DNA of 64,000 bases from Sphyrna mokarran (GCA_024679065.1 JAGIQG010000012.1:50034001-50098000); one strand, 5' to 3'. Shown: positions 10,330-23,419, counted from the first letter of the stretch. A program made the numbers and translations. Notes: generated from the letters alone by a model not told the origin.

Positions 10330-13300
10330 GCAGAGCAATTAGAGTGTTTCCCAATGTTTACCATGCCTTATTATCTTAACTTACCTTAAATTAGATACAG
10401 GAACGCCACCACCCCAAAGGAGCCTGTGAGAAATGAAAGAAGACATCACCAGGATCTAAGTTGGCCGTCACGCTACACCTAGGTATTTTAGAATAAGAAC
10501 AGACCTTTACTCCATATAGGAGAAAGTAGAGACTGAGTTAGAGTGCTTTGAAAGCTTGGATATAATAGAAGCCATGCAATTTGGAGATTGGGCCAACCTC
10601 TAGTCCCACTTCTTAATCCCCACAAATCAGTTTATCTTTATGGCAACTATAGCCTAACAGTCAATCGGGTCTCCAAATTCAATAAGTTCCCCATGCCCTG
10701 GATCAAAGATTGTACACTAACAGGTGACAAGACGTTCTCCAAGTTGGACATGAGCCATGCCTAGCTTCAACATGTATACTTCATGAGTATATCCATTTGC
10801 CCTTGTCATTATGTGCCATCTTTTGAAGAGTTATGAAGAACATCCTTCAAGAGCTACCTAAGGTAGCAGTATAATTAAATGAAATCTTGGTCACAGGGGC
10901 TTCAGCGCAGCAACATCTGACCAACCTAGAAGAAATCTTGCCAAGATTTTCCAGAACAGGAGTTCACTTGAAGAGGAAAAATGCATTTTCCAAGTGGCCA
11001 AAGTAATCTCTTTAAACAATAAACAAGGGGTTACACCCAATAGAGAATAAGGCCTTCATGGAAACACCAACCTCAAGGAACACTACAGAGTTAAAGTCCT
11101 TCCCAAGATTAGTCAATTATTATGGAAAATTTGTCCCAAATTTGTCATCTACTCTAACCCCCTTGCAAACTACTAAAAAATACACAGACAGTTTTAGGAT
11201 GTTCTGCAGGCAGAAGCTTTTTCTAATGTTAAATGTCATTTGTTGTCACCTAATTTACTGGCCCATTTTGACCTTAAGAAAGAACTTGTTATAACCAGTG
11301 ATGATTCTCTGTACAGTGCTGTCACATCATTGGAAAGATGGAATGGTAAAGCCCATTGCGTATGCCTCCAGAGCCCTTTTGGATGCGGAGTGAATGTATT
11401 TTCAAATTGAGGAGAAAGGGTTGGCAGTCATATTTGGTGTGAAGAAATTAAATCTGTGTGCTTACTGTCAATGCTGTTTTAACTATAACTTTATATAGTT
11501 ACCAACCATAAACCTTATTGGGCCTATTCAAAGGGGCAGTTTCCCTCATCTTCTCCGCTCAGATACAGTGCTGGGCCTTGTTATTGGTGATGTGTGAGTA
11601 TTTTTTGAAACACCACCTGGAACTCAGATAACTAATGCTGACACATTAAGTTGCCACTTGCAGCTCACAAGCCTGGTTCTTTTACCAGCAGTGGAAGAGC
11701 TTAAGAGGACTTAACTTTTTGGAGATCTTCCCAGTGGCAGCATGGCTGATTAAAGTCTGGACCCAAAAAGTTATATTTTAATCTAAAATAAGGCATGTGA
11801 TTCTATACAATGGATTCCAAAGCTGACCTTCTGAAGAAATGAAAGCATACCTCATTAAGAAATCTGAATTTAGTGCTGAGAATAGGATCATTCTTTGGGG
11901 GCCCTGATGAATTGTTCCATCCCTAAGATGATGTCCAATATTAACGGAACTACATAATGGCCACTCGACTGTATCAGGAATGGAGACGCTGGTGAAAGAT
12001 TACGTCTGGTAATCCCGTTTTGATTTTGACATCACAGATTTGGTAAAGCAATGTGACCTGTGCCAGGAAAATCAAAACTCCCACCCTCAACCTAATTTCA
12101 CCCATGGGAGTAGCCTGGCAGGCCATGGATGCAAGTACATTTTGATTTTGTGAGTTCCTTTATGAGTTCCATGTTTTTAATCATGATGGACAGATATTCC
12201 AAGTAGTTGGAGGGGCACACATGCGCTCCACAAATATTCAGTCTGTGATTGAGAAGTTATGATAAAGCTTCAGGATACCATAGAATTCTGGAAGCCCTTG
12301 GAGGCGATTCTCCCAAAAGAATTCTAAGTGAAAACTGGAGTCAATCATGCTTTTTTTTCAGCAGGGGTTTCAAAATGAATCTCCCACACTCTGAGCACTG
12401 TACAGCACACTAGCATAAATCCCATTGAAAACCAGTGGGTGGGGCCTATTCCCACTGGAGAGATCGGCAGGATAGCACTGAGCAGGCCACTGCACATGTG
12501 CCAATCTGGGATTGGCATATGTGCAATGCCCCCCTGTCTGCCAGACTCTCAATTGTTAGCCAGAGATCGAGTTGGCCAGCCCTATGACCTTCTCATCACC
12601 AGGCCCAGCCACGAACCCTCCCATTCAGATCCCTACCCTAACTGTGCCCACCACTCCCGCAGTTCCAACCCCACCCACAGTACTGACACTCACCACCGCC
12701 CCCCTCCACCCCACACCCGCACCTTCCACCCCCCACCCCCTCCCCCCGCCCTCAGCAAACCTCAATCTCTGGCTTCCCTCTTCCCCACAGACCCCGTCTG
12801 CAGCAGAATCCCCCACCCCACCAATCACCCCACCAGCCCCACCCCCACCAGATCCCATCCCCTAGGCCTGACCCCATCATGCCCCACCTTCTTGGCACTG
12901 TCCCATATCTGGTGGGCAGTGCCAAGTGCCCCCTGGGCATTGGCATTTTGTCTGTTGGGCAGTCTCCCACCTACCCCCCCTCCCCGCCACCTGACCCTTC
13001 GGGGATTCAAATACAGGACAACACCACACACTGCAACAGATGTTACTCCAGCAGAGCCATTAATGGAATAATTGTACCAGATTGAGCTCACTATTCCCAA
13101 ACTTTTCAGGGAGAATGAAGTCCCAAATGGAAAACCAAAAATGAAACTACGAAATATGCAAGGACGTGAAAGATCTTTTGCAACAGGTGGTCCAGTTCAC
13201 CTGAGGAGCTTCGGGGATGGTCGCAATTGGTTATTGAAGGAGCAGAGGCTGAACACTTGGGAATCAGTCAGAGGGAGTTTTTAAGCCTGTTACTTTACCC

Positions 13301-13416
13301 AGATTAGAGCTGTAGATCTCAAGGCAAAGACTACCTGACTGCAAGACGTATCACGATCCTTTCCTTTGATGCACAATAAAGGGTTTTGGTGACGAGACTC
13401 TGGCTGAATTAGTACA
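10330..13416 (+). mobile_element. Decayed Gypsy LTR retrotransposon (pol RT, RNase H, integrase, probable 3' LTR remnant), interrupted at ~12300-13010
   Basis: NKFPMPWIKD and GDKTFSKLDMSHA*LQ (RT, ~10680-10770); KPIAYASRAL..AE*MYFQIEEKGLAVIFGVKK (RNase H, ~11350-11450); HPWE*PGRPWMQVHFDF...SK*LE (integrase, ~12100-12210); RSF..G.PV..R.F..G.NW (~13170); AATAAA then terminal ACA near 13416. Confidence 0.85.
12301..13010. mobile_element. Non-autonomous repeat with C-rich low-complexity interior, inserted in the Gypsy integrase
   Basis: Abrupt start ggcgattctccc breaks the integrase frame; C-tracts at 12640-12990; Gypsy homology resumes near 13100. Confidence 0.55.
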
Positions 13417-15104
13417 GTTACTTACCTTGCTTGCTGACATCACTGTTTGTGGACACCTGGAGACCCCTTGAATTGGTGCCAAAGTAATCTTGGGAAAGGT
13501 GAAATCCACACCACAGAGATTGTCCACAGCTTTCTTCAGGATGATTGTTGTTTCACAGCTGATTGTAAAATTAGTCCTATATCAATCGTCTTACACAGAG
13601 CCCAAGGAGCAATAAACGAAATATTGGTTAGAAGACATCAGAGATTCCAACATCCTGGTATAGGTAAGGGTCCAAGCTCAGGCATTACAGGAGGAGTCAG
13701 ACAAGTGAGGTGCCCTTTGAGAGCTTCTGCAAACTGTAACACAGCCAAGGGCACAAATAGAGGTGATCCAGATATAATAGCAGCCTTCCCACTCTCAGCC
13801 TCAAAGCTTTTATTCAATTTTTGTTCATTACTCAAACATTGTGATAATTTATGAAAGCATTTTTCAAGCATAAAATCTATTTACTTAACAGCAATATTAC
13901 AAAATTCAGAAACAAATCTTACATGAGCAGATTTGAAATGTTAACAGTGTCAAAGCAGTTGATGCCAATTTGGCACAGAATTTAAGTATCAGTATTATTG
14001 CAGAAGGACTGTCACACACCAACTACATTTGGAGCTTCTCAAAAAAAATATTTGAAGCATTATATCATTTAAGGAACAAATGGAGAATCAAGGAATAGGA
14101 AAAATGAGTGCATCAAACCAAGCTTGTGTATATTGGTTGTGTATTAATCATTGATAAGGAGAATACAAAGACAAATAAAAATAAAGGATGGGAAAAAACC
14201 AGTTAGTTCATTAGCATGTTCTTAATGGATATGGAGTAACTTGTCCTTATCATGACCTCTTTCAACCCTCCATTTCCATCCCCAATGTATTTTTATTGTG
14301 CTCTGTACACATTGGAGCTCTCTCTATTTCTCGATTCCAATTTCCCTTAATCTGTGTAATTTCCATCTCTCACTCTGGTAATTTATTGTTTTGTGATTTC
14401 TGCAAGTAATCTTGGTTCAGGGTGAAATTCATTGAACCCCTGTGGAACGTGTGCACCCATAAATGTCAGGTGAGGCTAGAATAGGGGTTAACTGTGATAG
14501 CTCCTTCCTCTTGAAAACAGCTTATAAATCTTGCTGTCTATGTATACACATACACATGGGGGAGAGATTTACCTGTGAAACTATTACTGCAAGAGGCATC
14601 ATCTAGGGAAGAAGATTGACAGAGCCGTCAACACATCAAAATTCAATTATTAAAGCTGGATTGGAATAAAAACCTAAATGTAGGTTAGAAGCTTAGCCGT
14701 AAAGGTTTATTGGAACACTCATATGCTAACTCTGTAGCAGATGAGTTGTATATCAGCTAGCAAATAGTTTGTGTTTATTAGCTCTGCTACTGCAATTCAA
14801 AACAATGTTCACTAATTTGCAGCAACTCACTTTCAAAACCAGTAAAGATGTTGGAGCTCATAGAATAATACTGACAGGATACTAAATATCCTGCTAAAAT
14901 AGTAGCAAGACAATGACTTCCTGTCTACAAGCCTTCACCAACCTACTGGTATCAATCCCTCTTCCTGTCACATGACTTAGAGCAGAAGGGCATCATTTAT
15001 GGTCATAATTAAAAATAGACACCAGTTGAGCAATGTTCTGCAATGAAACACCAAATCAAAAGGACAAAAGCTGTAGAATTAAATAAAACAATCAAATAAA
15101 TAAA

Positions 15105-15410
15105 GTGGTGTTGTGAGGGAGCAGTCATAAGTATTGCTCCGTCACAACACCAGGGATCCAGATTTGATCCCTGGTTTCAGTCACTGTCTTTGTGGAGGCT
15201 GCACGTTATCCCCGTACTTGCGCGGGTTTCTTCCAGGTGCTCCGCTTTCATTCCACAGGCTGAAAAAGACGTACTGGTTGGTGCATTGCCCATGCTAAGT
15301 TTTCCCTCAGTATACCTGAACAGGCGCCAGAGTGTGGCGACTAGGGGATTTTCACAGTAAAGTCATTGCAATGTTGACATAAGCCTGTTTGTGACAATAA
15401 TAAATAAATA
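15105..15410 (+). mobile_element. V-SINE, second subfamily (non-CR1 tail)
   Basis: V-domain core followed by ggcgactaggggattttcacagtaa...ttgtgacaataataaataaata. Confidence 0.8.
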
Positions 15411-15447
15411 TTTTTAAGTCACTATAAAGAGCTGGGAAGGAAACAAC

Positions 15448-15585
15448 AGTCGGAATTTTTTGGTCTTGCACACTCCACCACCACTGCAAGCGAGAACAGA
15501 GAATTTGACACTCAGCCAAATCTCCATTCACTGCAGTGGGATTGGAGAATCCCAGCAGCAGGCGAGGGCAGAGAATTCCAGCCAG
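15448..15585. mobile_element. Short MITE-like element with imperfect terminal inverted repeats
   Basis: Begins gtcggaatttttt and ends agagaattccagcc; similar termini at 712-790 and 18055-18070. Confidence 0.4.
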
Positions 15586-15679
15586 CACCTTGATAAAGGT
15601 ATTACGATCATGAATAAATACGACAAATGACAAAATAAACCAAGCCGGTTAATCCTAATGTAACTTTGAGGCCCAATTT

Positions 15680-15930
15680 TTTTGATTTGATTTGATTTAT
15701 TATTGTCACATGTATCAACATGCAGTGAAAAATATTGTTTCTTGAGTGCTGTACAGACAAAACATGCTGTTCACAGAGAAGAAAATGAGATAGTGCAGAA
15801 TGTGGTGTTACATTCATAACTAGGGTGTAGAGAAAGATCAACTGAATGCAAGGTTAGTTCATTCAAAAGTCTGATTGCAGCAAGAAAGAAGCTGTTCTTG
15901 TGTCACTTGGCGCATGAGCTCAGATTTTTG
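15680..15930 (-). mobile_element. Rex1/Babar LINE 3' tail fragment
   Basis: (tttga)n-tttattattgtcaca...cagacaaa...attcaaaagtctga...aagaagctgttcttg matches the 3' end of the RT-bearing copy at 53128-54005. Confidence 0.75.
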
Positions 15931-16079
15931 TAAATGTTTTTACAATGTAAAAGCAGCTGAAGGCAAATGCCCAATTCTTTCCTTGTCACTGGCACCCAGA
16001 ACTCGAAACAGCCTGACTCCAATTTGTTCCATCCGAACCAGTGATCTACTTTTCCACAGGTCTCTGGAATAGCTGAAAC

Positions 16080-16400
16080 CATGTGGCACAGTGGTTAGCA
16101 CTGCTATCTCATAGCTCTAGACACCTGGCTTTGATTCCTGACTTGGGTCATTGTCTCTGTGGAGTTTGCACATTCTCCCCGTGTCTGCATGTTTCCTCTG
16201 GCTGCTCCATTTCCTCCCACAGTCGAAAATGTGCAAGTTAGGTTCATTGGCCATGCTAAATTACCCCTTAAAGTCCCGGGATGCATAGGTCAATGAGGTA
16301 AATATGTAGGGTTATTAAGATAGGGCCTCTGTAGGATTGTTGTTGGTGCAGACTCGATGGGCTGAATGACCTCCTTCTGCCCTTTAGAATTTCTATCATT
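16080..16400 (+). mobile_element. V-SINE (HE1-like, CR1-type tail)
   Basis: Head gtggcacagtggttagcactgct; tail ggtgcagactcgatgggctgaatgacctccttctgc...ttctat. Confidence 0.85.
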
Positions 16401-16739
16401 ACCAGCTTCACTTCTACCAAATACCTGATGGGAAAATGACACCAAGCGGAATGATAAAGGTGAGAGAGCAGCAGCAGAAGAGTCTTCCTTCTCACCTCAC
16501 TTTCCCAAAACAACCATGGCAAAACAGAAGTGTTACAAAGAATTGAACACTGAAAATACATTTCAGTGAAAAAGTTCTTCAAACTTGGACCTTGTTTGAG
16601 CTGGTAAGCAAGGACATGATATCAATTTCTCACAATTGTTATTGTACACCTTCACGATCTGTGTCAACCATTTTTAAGGAAAAATCGGTTCACACAGATA
16701 CTTGGTGCCTGCCAGGCAGCTAACACATTCCAGCTCAAT

Positions 16740-18070
16740 GGATGGAATTCTCCCATTTGGGGGTAAATTCTGTGCAGGGATAGGAAGATAGAGTGTTTCC
16801 CAATGCAGAGACAGACGGGAAATCATGTTTATCTTCTGGTCCAGCCTCAATAAATGTGCAAATATTTACTTTATGCTGTATTCCATAGTAGGGCAGACCT
16901 GATGGGATCTAGCCCCTTGTCGTATCCAGGTATCAAATTGAAAAGGCACCCAACATTACTGTCCCACTATCAAAGAAAGAAGATGGATTGTCCGAAAATG
17001 ACAAGGTACCTATCTGAGAGCAATCTGAGACTACAATCTGAACCTCCTGACAAAAATGTTGTGTTTCCAGGAACATTCTGAGGCTAAAAGAATGACCTCC
17101 TCAGTGACATTAAATCTGGAAGATCCACCTCAACCACTGTTATAGAGTTCCAGAGTCCAGAGCTGCTGTACAGAGGTGTCTGAGAGACTCAGCATCACCA
17201 GCAGTACATCTGAGACCTGAAAAGATTCAATAATCTCACAAGAAAAACAAACGCTTCTCTCAAAAAACATTAAAACTGCTGCCCACTGCCAACTACCATT
17301 TACGCTTTCCAATCACAATCTTCACTCCCAACACTCACTGATTGTGACTATAACCATCCCTCACCTGTTTGTACCCACTTAAGGATTTTATCCACTGCTG
17401 GCAATAGCCACTGTGAACAGAGAACTACTAACCTCACGCAAAAATTTATACCAGACAATAGAAGCATCATGCCCAAGAGTAAAGTCTGCAATGATCTTAC
17501 TGTATCTGGTACCAGAACATTGAAGGCTACTTGGATGGACTGGGCACCTCCAGAGATACTGTAGCCAGCCCTTCACATTAGGTATCAATGCCTTTATAGT
17601 TTTAGTGAAAGCTCAAATGGTTGCACTGCAGACTCTAAGCCTCACCTTGGTGGGCTTAGCTGATAATATGTTTTAAATAGTTACTCAGTTTCTTTAGTCT
17701 GCTCACCTGTTGATCGGGAGACATGAATATTTCTAGTCCCAGGACATTGACAGTGACACCACTGGAACCCCCACAATGCCAGTCAGCCGGCATGCCCTGT
17801 TATCCCCAACAGCAGCCAAAGTCTAGAACTCTACAAGCAGACCCAGTATACAGAAACCACCAGCCACAAGTGTATCAAATGTCCTGACATGATAACAGCA
17901 AGCTTCTATCAGCTTTGCAGAGGCCACGAGACAGATACTTAGTAAAGGTATTCAAGTCAGGAAAGACACTTGGGGTTGAAATGATTGGAAGACAATTATT
18001 GTGTTGGAAATTAAATTAATTGACTTCCCAGCAGTGGACAGGGATGCCATCACCCTGTAAAATCCCAGCC
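16740..18070. mobile_element. Degenerate DNA-transposon remnant, possibly Harbinger-derived
   Basis: Termini ggaattctccc and gtaaaatcccagcc resemble the TIR type of the local MITEs; interior resembles decayed low-complexity coding sequence. Confidence 0.3.
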
Positions 18071-18292
18071 TCCTGTGCCTGCAATCAGAGATTTAGTTGG
18101 ACATTAATCGAATGTTAGTCCATTCTGCTGAGGAAAGCTGCTATTCTAGCATTAGATGGAAATGCAGAAAGCCCCCAAGCTCTTTCCTGAGACTGTCCAG
18201 ATCAATGTGGATGGAAGTAACGGTTAGCTGTGATGAAAAGAAGTATTAATGGTCACTGTATATTGAAGACTGTAAGATATGGGCTGTGCGTC

Positions 18293-18602
18293 AGCTGTGG
18301 TTCAATGGGTAATGTCTCTGTACCACAAGATTCTGGATTCAATCCATTCCAAGGCTTGCGTATAAAAATCAGGGTTGGCACACTAGTGCAGTATTGAGGA
18401 AGCATTGCATTCTGTGGCCTTCGGGCTGGCCTGTTGTTGGTGCTATCTTTGGAATGATTTGTTAAACCAAGATCTTATCTGTTTGCTTGAGTGAATGTAA
18501 AAGATCCCATGGCACTGTTTCAAAGAAAATCCTTTGAATTATCCCTGGTGTCCTGGCAAAAACTTATCCCTCAATCAACATCACATAAAATAAATTATCG
18601 GA
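18293..18602 (+). mobile_element. 3'-truncated DeuSINE/SacSINE1-like element
   Basis: tRNA-like head; tgtaaaagatcccatggcactgtttcaaaga...ggtgtcctggc...tatccctcaatcaacatcac; flanked by a 27-bp direct repeat. Confidence 0.75.
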
Positions 18603-20409
18603 AAGATTGTGAGATATGGGCTGTGTGTCCAAGCTATCCTCTGATCCAATTACTTGCTGCTAACTCACTCTATAAATGCTACCTCAGTGAGACTGACAGA
18701 CCAATTCAGATTTCACAGGCAGTAGGTGGAACACCCATGATTTTGCATGAAAATGTCATCAGGGTCCTAACGGCATCAGAGGATCCCAATTTTCAGGTGT
18801 TTATGAGGCCCACCTAGCTTGGTGGATGCCTGGGCCAATTGTAAAAGACGATGCTGTCATAAAAGTGCAACCAGCCAGAAGGCTGCAGAATGTACTTTGC
18901 AATGTCCACACATTCTGCTCACAGCAAGTAGTCAGTACTGAAATCACACTTAAAATCTGTGCTGTAACTTAAATGCACAGACTTTGTTGAAGAATACTCA
19001 GTTTAGAGCCTTAGTGCTATAACATCCAGCAGTTCCTAGGGGTTGGAAGTTTAGTCCAGCCCCAGACATGTTTGTGCCATAACAGAGAACTTGAAAATGG
19101 AATGAAATCTTTTTCTGCCAGAATTCCACTTTGAAGAGCACAATGATAGTTTAAATGCCATTCAGATATTTTGTGACTGCACTCATCATTGTTCATCTCA
19201 ACATTAGATGCAAGGACCCCTAGCAAACCTTGATATGCAAGATAATCCTGCCACCTTTTGAAAATTCTGCAGTTATCCAGATGTTATCACCTTCCTGCAG
19301 GGAAGTGTTATCCCTTACAAACATCACATGAGTACATCACAAACTGATTAACATAGCAGATGTCTCGTGGGATGGGGGGCAGGGGGATACAATCCCACCT
19401 TTCTTTCAATTGGAGCCAACAGAGAGAATTTCAGTTGGATTGTCCATTGGACTGCCCATTTTACATCACCCATTTTATACCATTGCCCAAAGCTAAAATA
19501 AAGATCTTTCTTATATCTTCAAAGCAATGGCAGATCTCCACCATACCATGTGCAAATGAAGGGGACTTTAAGCATGGATTCATGAAGAAATGAAGTGGCA
19601 GGCAAAATACCCTAGATGTTATTTATTGCATTTGAATTCCAATCTTTAATTAATTGGAATTAATTCCAACCTTACATTGTGCAATTTAGGTGACAGCAAG
19701 AAACAAAACTAACAAAAGAGAATGCTGGAAGGAAAATAAAATGCAAAAAGAAGGATTTGCCAGCACAGGCATCAAGTAACTAGATTGAAATGTAACTAAA
19801 ATCTCAAACAAGGCAACAGGTCATATCCACAGCTAAAAATGTCATCTCCTTTTAAGAATCCTGTTTGAACAGGGCAAGTTCAAAGGTATTCACTCATTAA
19901 TTCTATGTTGGGGAAGGGATGGTTGAACACACTGATTGACTCCTCATTCAAAAATTACCTCAACTAACTCCATGGAGTCATAAATTTTTCATTCTAGAAA
20001 CTGTCTGGATAAAGATGTTTCTCATTAATTATTTCTTGGAATTATTAGTGACTATTATTATTGATGGCAAGGGAGAATCTTTCCACTCCCACCAGCATGA
20101 AAATCATGATGGAACAAGATTCATTTGGAATTTTGTTCTCCTGACTTTGATGATGGATTTGATGTGTGTCAGGAATCCCATTGACCTATGTCAGGAATCA
20201 CATTTGCAATGAGCATCTTGTAAATGCTCATTAAAAGGCCAACTCATGAGAATTATATTCGCCCTCCAAATTAAGTGCTCTGCAAGTGGATTATTAAAAT
20301 GTTCTGGTTCACAATTGTATGAAAGTAATTTGTCCCTGGCCAATCTCATTTCATTAATGAAGGTCATCAGATGCTGCTTTCAGCTTCCTTTAAGACAGTA
20401 GCTGGGAAA

Positions 20410-21462
20410 TATTGAGTCCGGACAAATGTGAGGTAATGCATTTTAGAAGGTCTAATACAGATAGGAAATATACTGTAAATGGCAGAACCCTTATGAGTGT
20501 TGATATGCAAAGGGATCTGGTTATCCAGGTACACAGGTCACTGAAAGTGGCAATGCAGGTGGAAAAGGTAGTCAAGAAGACATATGACGTGTTTGCCTTC
20601 ATCGGCCAGGGTATCAGATCAGAGTTGCGGAGGAGTTTCTTCACGCAAAGGATGGTGAATCTTTGGAATTCTCTGCCTGATGAGGTGATGGAGGCTTCCT
20701 CGCTGAATATGTTGAAGTCAAGAGTGGATAGGTTTTTGATTGACAAGGGAATTAAGGGTTACAGGGAGAAAGTAGGAAAGTGGTATTGAACCACTACAGA
20801 TCAGCCATGATCTTATTGAATGGCGGGGCAAGCTCGAGGGGCTGGATGGCCTACTCCTGCTCCTATTTCTTATGTTCTTATTGAGTTTAAAAATTGGCAA
20901 GTCATGTTGACACTTTGTAGAACCTTAATGAGGCAGCACTTGGAATATAGTGTTCAATTCTGGTTGCCGCACTACCAGAAGGACGTGGAAGCTTTGAAGA
21001 GGGTACAGAAAAGTTTTACCAGGATGTGCCTAGTATGGAGGACATTAGTTATGAGGACAGGTTGGAAAAACTTGGTCTGTTTTCACTGGAGCGACAGAAG
21101 TTGAGGTTGAGTCTACAAGATTATGAGAGGCATGGACAGAATGGATGGTCAGAAATTTTTCCCAGGCTGGAAGAGTCAATTACTAAGGGGCATAGATTTA
21201 AGGTGTAAGGGGCAAGTTTTAAAACAGATGTACGAGGCAGATTTTTTACACGGAGAGCTATGGGTACCTGGAACTTGTAGCCAGGGAAGATAGTGGAAGC
21301 GGATATAGCAGTGACTTTTAAGGGGCATCTTGACAAGTACATGAATGAGATGGGATACGGTCCCCTGAAGCATAGAGGGTTTTAGTTAACTCGGGCAGCA
21401 TGGTTGGTGCAGGCTTGGAGGGCTGAAACGTCTGTTCCTGTGCTGTTATTTTCTATGTTCTT
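20410..21462 (+). mobile_element. CR1 LINE 3' portion containing a nested CR1 3' fragment (~20614-20881)
   Basis: KCEVMHF, QRDL..QVHRSLKVA, LEYSVQFWLPHYQKDVEAL, LGLFSLE motifs; outer frame breaks at ggccagggtat and resumes tgagtttaaaaattgg after an inner tail ending ttcttatgttcttat. Confidence 0.85.
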
Positions 21463-22559
21463 TGCAGAGCACAAGCTGTGCCAAGGCTGGGCACAGAAGG
21501 CAAGACCAATGGGTAGGGATGAGGCAAAAGTAGGATGGATGAGGAAGGATGTGGAACATGAGAGTGGATAGAGAAAGCAGACATTAGACTTGGGAGAACA
21601 CAAGAGAGGGGAGACAAGCTGGATTTACTGTGGGGGGGGGGGGACATGAGGTGGGGGAGAAACTAAGGCAGGATTAGGAGTTGGGCAAAGAACAGAGTAG
21701 AATAGTGAAAGACTATCCTGCAGCAAAGGTTATAAGGCTGTCCAAAGGAGAGTCAGAGAATGTTCTGGGGCTATACAGACAATTTTAGAGGCTACTGTAT
21801 GTCGCACTCCCAGTCTTAGGCGGGAGAAGGCTTCTCTGCACAGTGACTGTGGCACACAGAATAGTTTGAAGGAACGAGGTTGTTCACCCAAGATGTTTGG
21901 TTCTGTGAGTTTGAATCATGGCATTGTGAGACAGAGTGCACAAAAATATTCAGGAGGGGCATCTGGAACCTTTACATCATGGTGGGTATTGAGTAGTCTT
22001 AATGGGTCAGTTTCTGAAAAGTAAGGCTGCATGCGGCCTCAAGAAGAGGACGGATCAGGTTGAAAAAGGACATGGAGACATCAACATTGAAGGGTTCAAG
22101 AGAACACTGGTCAGGGATAACAAGGGGATGCAGCAGAGAACAGGAAGTATGGGAATGAGGAGATGTGACAATGGAGGAGGATGGGCAGGATGTGGTGGCT
22201 CATGAAAGATGTTAGAAGCTGTTCTCATGCATGAAAGTCAGCAGCAATATTTCTGCATTCTTCTAAGAATGACAAACTACAAAATATCAACTGGGGAGCA
22301 GTCTCTGGGCATATGGGAGCAGCTCAGCATGCCAATATCTAGGGTCCATAAGGGGCACCCTATAAATGTCCTGCTCAAACATGGAAAGAATTGCTTAGTT
22401 GAGTGCTGGATTTGAGGGTTTGATGCACAAATGAATGAGATTGTTTCTTTATTGATGGTGCACATTTATACAAGAATCCATGTAGTTTAGCTGCAGTGGT
22501 GAATATGGTTTTAAATAGAATCTGATCCTTACAGAGGCATTTGAGAATGGATGTAGGGT

Positions 22560-23400
22560 CAAACAATCAAGGGCCGGCTGCTGCACAGAGGCAGCATTGG
22601 TTCTAAAGTCCTCCGTGTTCCCAGTGTACTGGTCATGGCACTAGTCACCAGTTCAAGACGCCATGCTTGCGATCAGGGCATAAGTGCAAGTGTTGGATAC
22701 AGATAGTTATTCTCAAGGACACTGGAGAACAATTATTAGAAGCCTGTCAAGTGGTTACAGTTAAAATATTAGTTTTTTTTTACCCTAACTAAGAGCCTTT
22801 TTGTGAATATGTAATCATGTCTGAGGGGAAAAATCGACCACATGTCGTCCTTTAGAATGTGGTGACCTTGGTATGCAATAGGCAAACTGAGAGCAAGTCA
22901 AGGGCTAGAGACTGCATTCCTGCTTTGGAGATAGTGGAAGAGCATTCAAGGGAAACTATCTTTGATTTCTCAGTTCTGTCTGTTCACAAATACAAGGAGG
23001 GGTAGAGAATGCAGGTAATACCACATTGTTCATAGCTTTGATTAGAATGAGGAGAAGAAGGGCACATTGCCAATTGGCACAGCTCCAGAAAGAATATTGC
23101 CTTAAGGAGCAAAAACCAGCAAGACTTCAGGCAGTCCCAAATACTGATAAACAGGGTCCAAGGATCTACTAGAAGAAGCAGCTCATAAATGGAGTTGAAT
23201 AAAAGACAGTGCCATGAGCACCTTCACTTGTCTAAGGGTGTGATAGCTCTCATTTACACATTTTCATTGAAGAATACATGCCACAAGAACTTGGAGGGCA
23301 TCCAATGTCAGTTAATCTGAAAGTTACAGGTACACTGAATTTTTTGACAATGGATCTTGCCAAAGGTTTCACTGGGGAAACACATATGCATAAAGGCAGT
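22560..23400. mobile_element. PIF/Harbinger remnant (transposase N-terminus on +, possible Myb/SANT-like remnant on -)
   Basis: ELNKRQCHEHLHLSK and PMSVNLKVTGTLNF..GS.Q resemble the QC.RRLRLS and KVT.ALNF.A.GSFQ motifs of HARBI1-type transposases. Confidence 0.5.
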
Positions 23401-23419
23401 GACAAATAAAAATTCAAAT

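Noticed and set aside
12439-13100. 210-aa Pro/His-rich ORF and overlapping Gly-rich ORFs
   Set aside because: Produced by the C-rich low-complexity interior of a repeat; open in several frames
13447-13871. 135-aa (+) and 77-aa (-) ORFs in unique sequence
   Set aside because: No recognisable domain, non-ATG start for the longer one, no convincing exon context
16080-16150. tRNA-like A/B boxes here and at other SINE heads
   Set aside because: SINE promoters rather than tRNA genes; no cloverleaf, and they run into the V-domain
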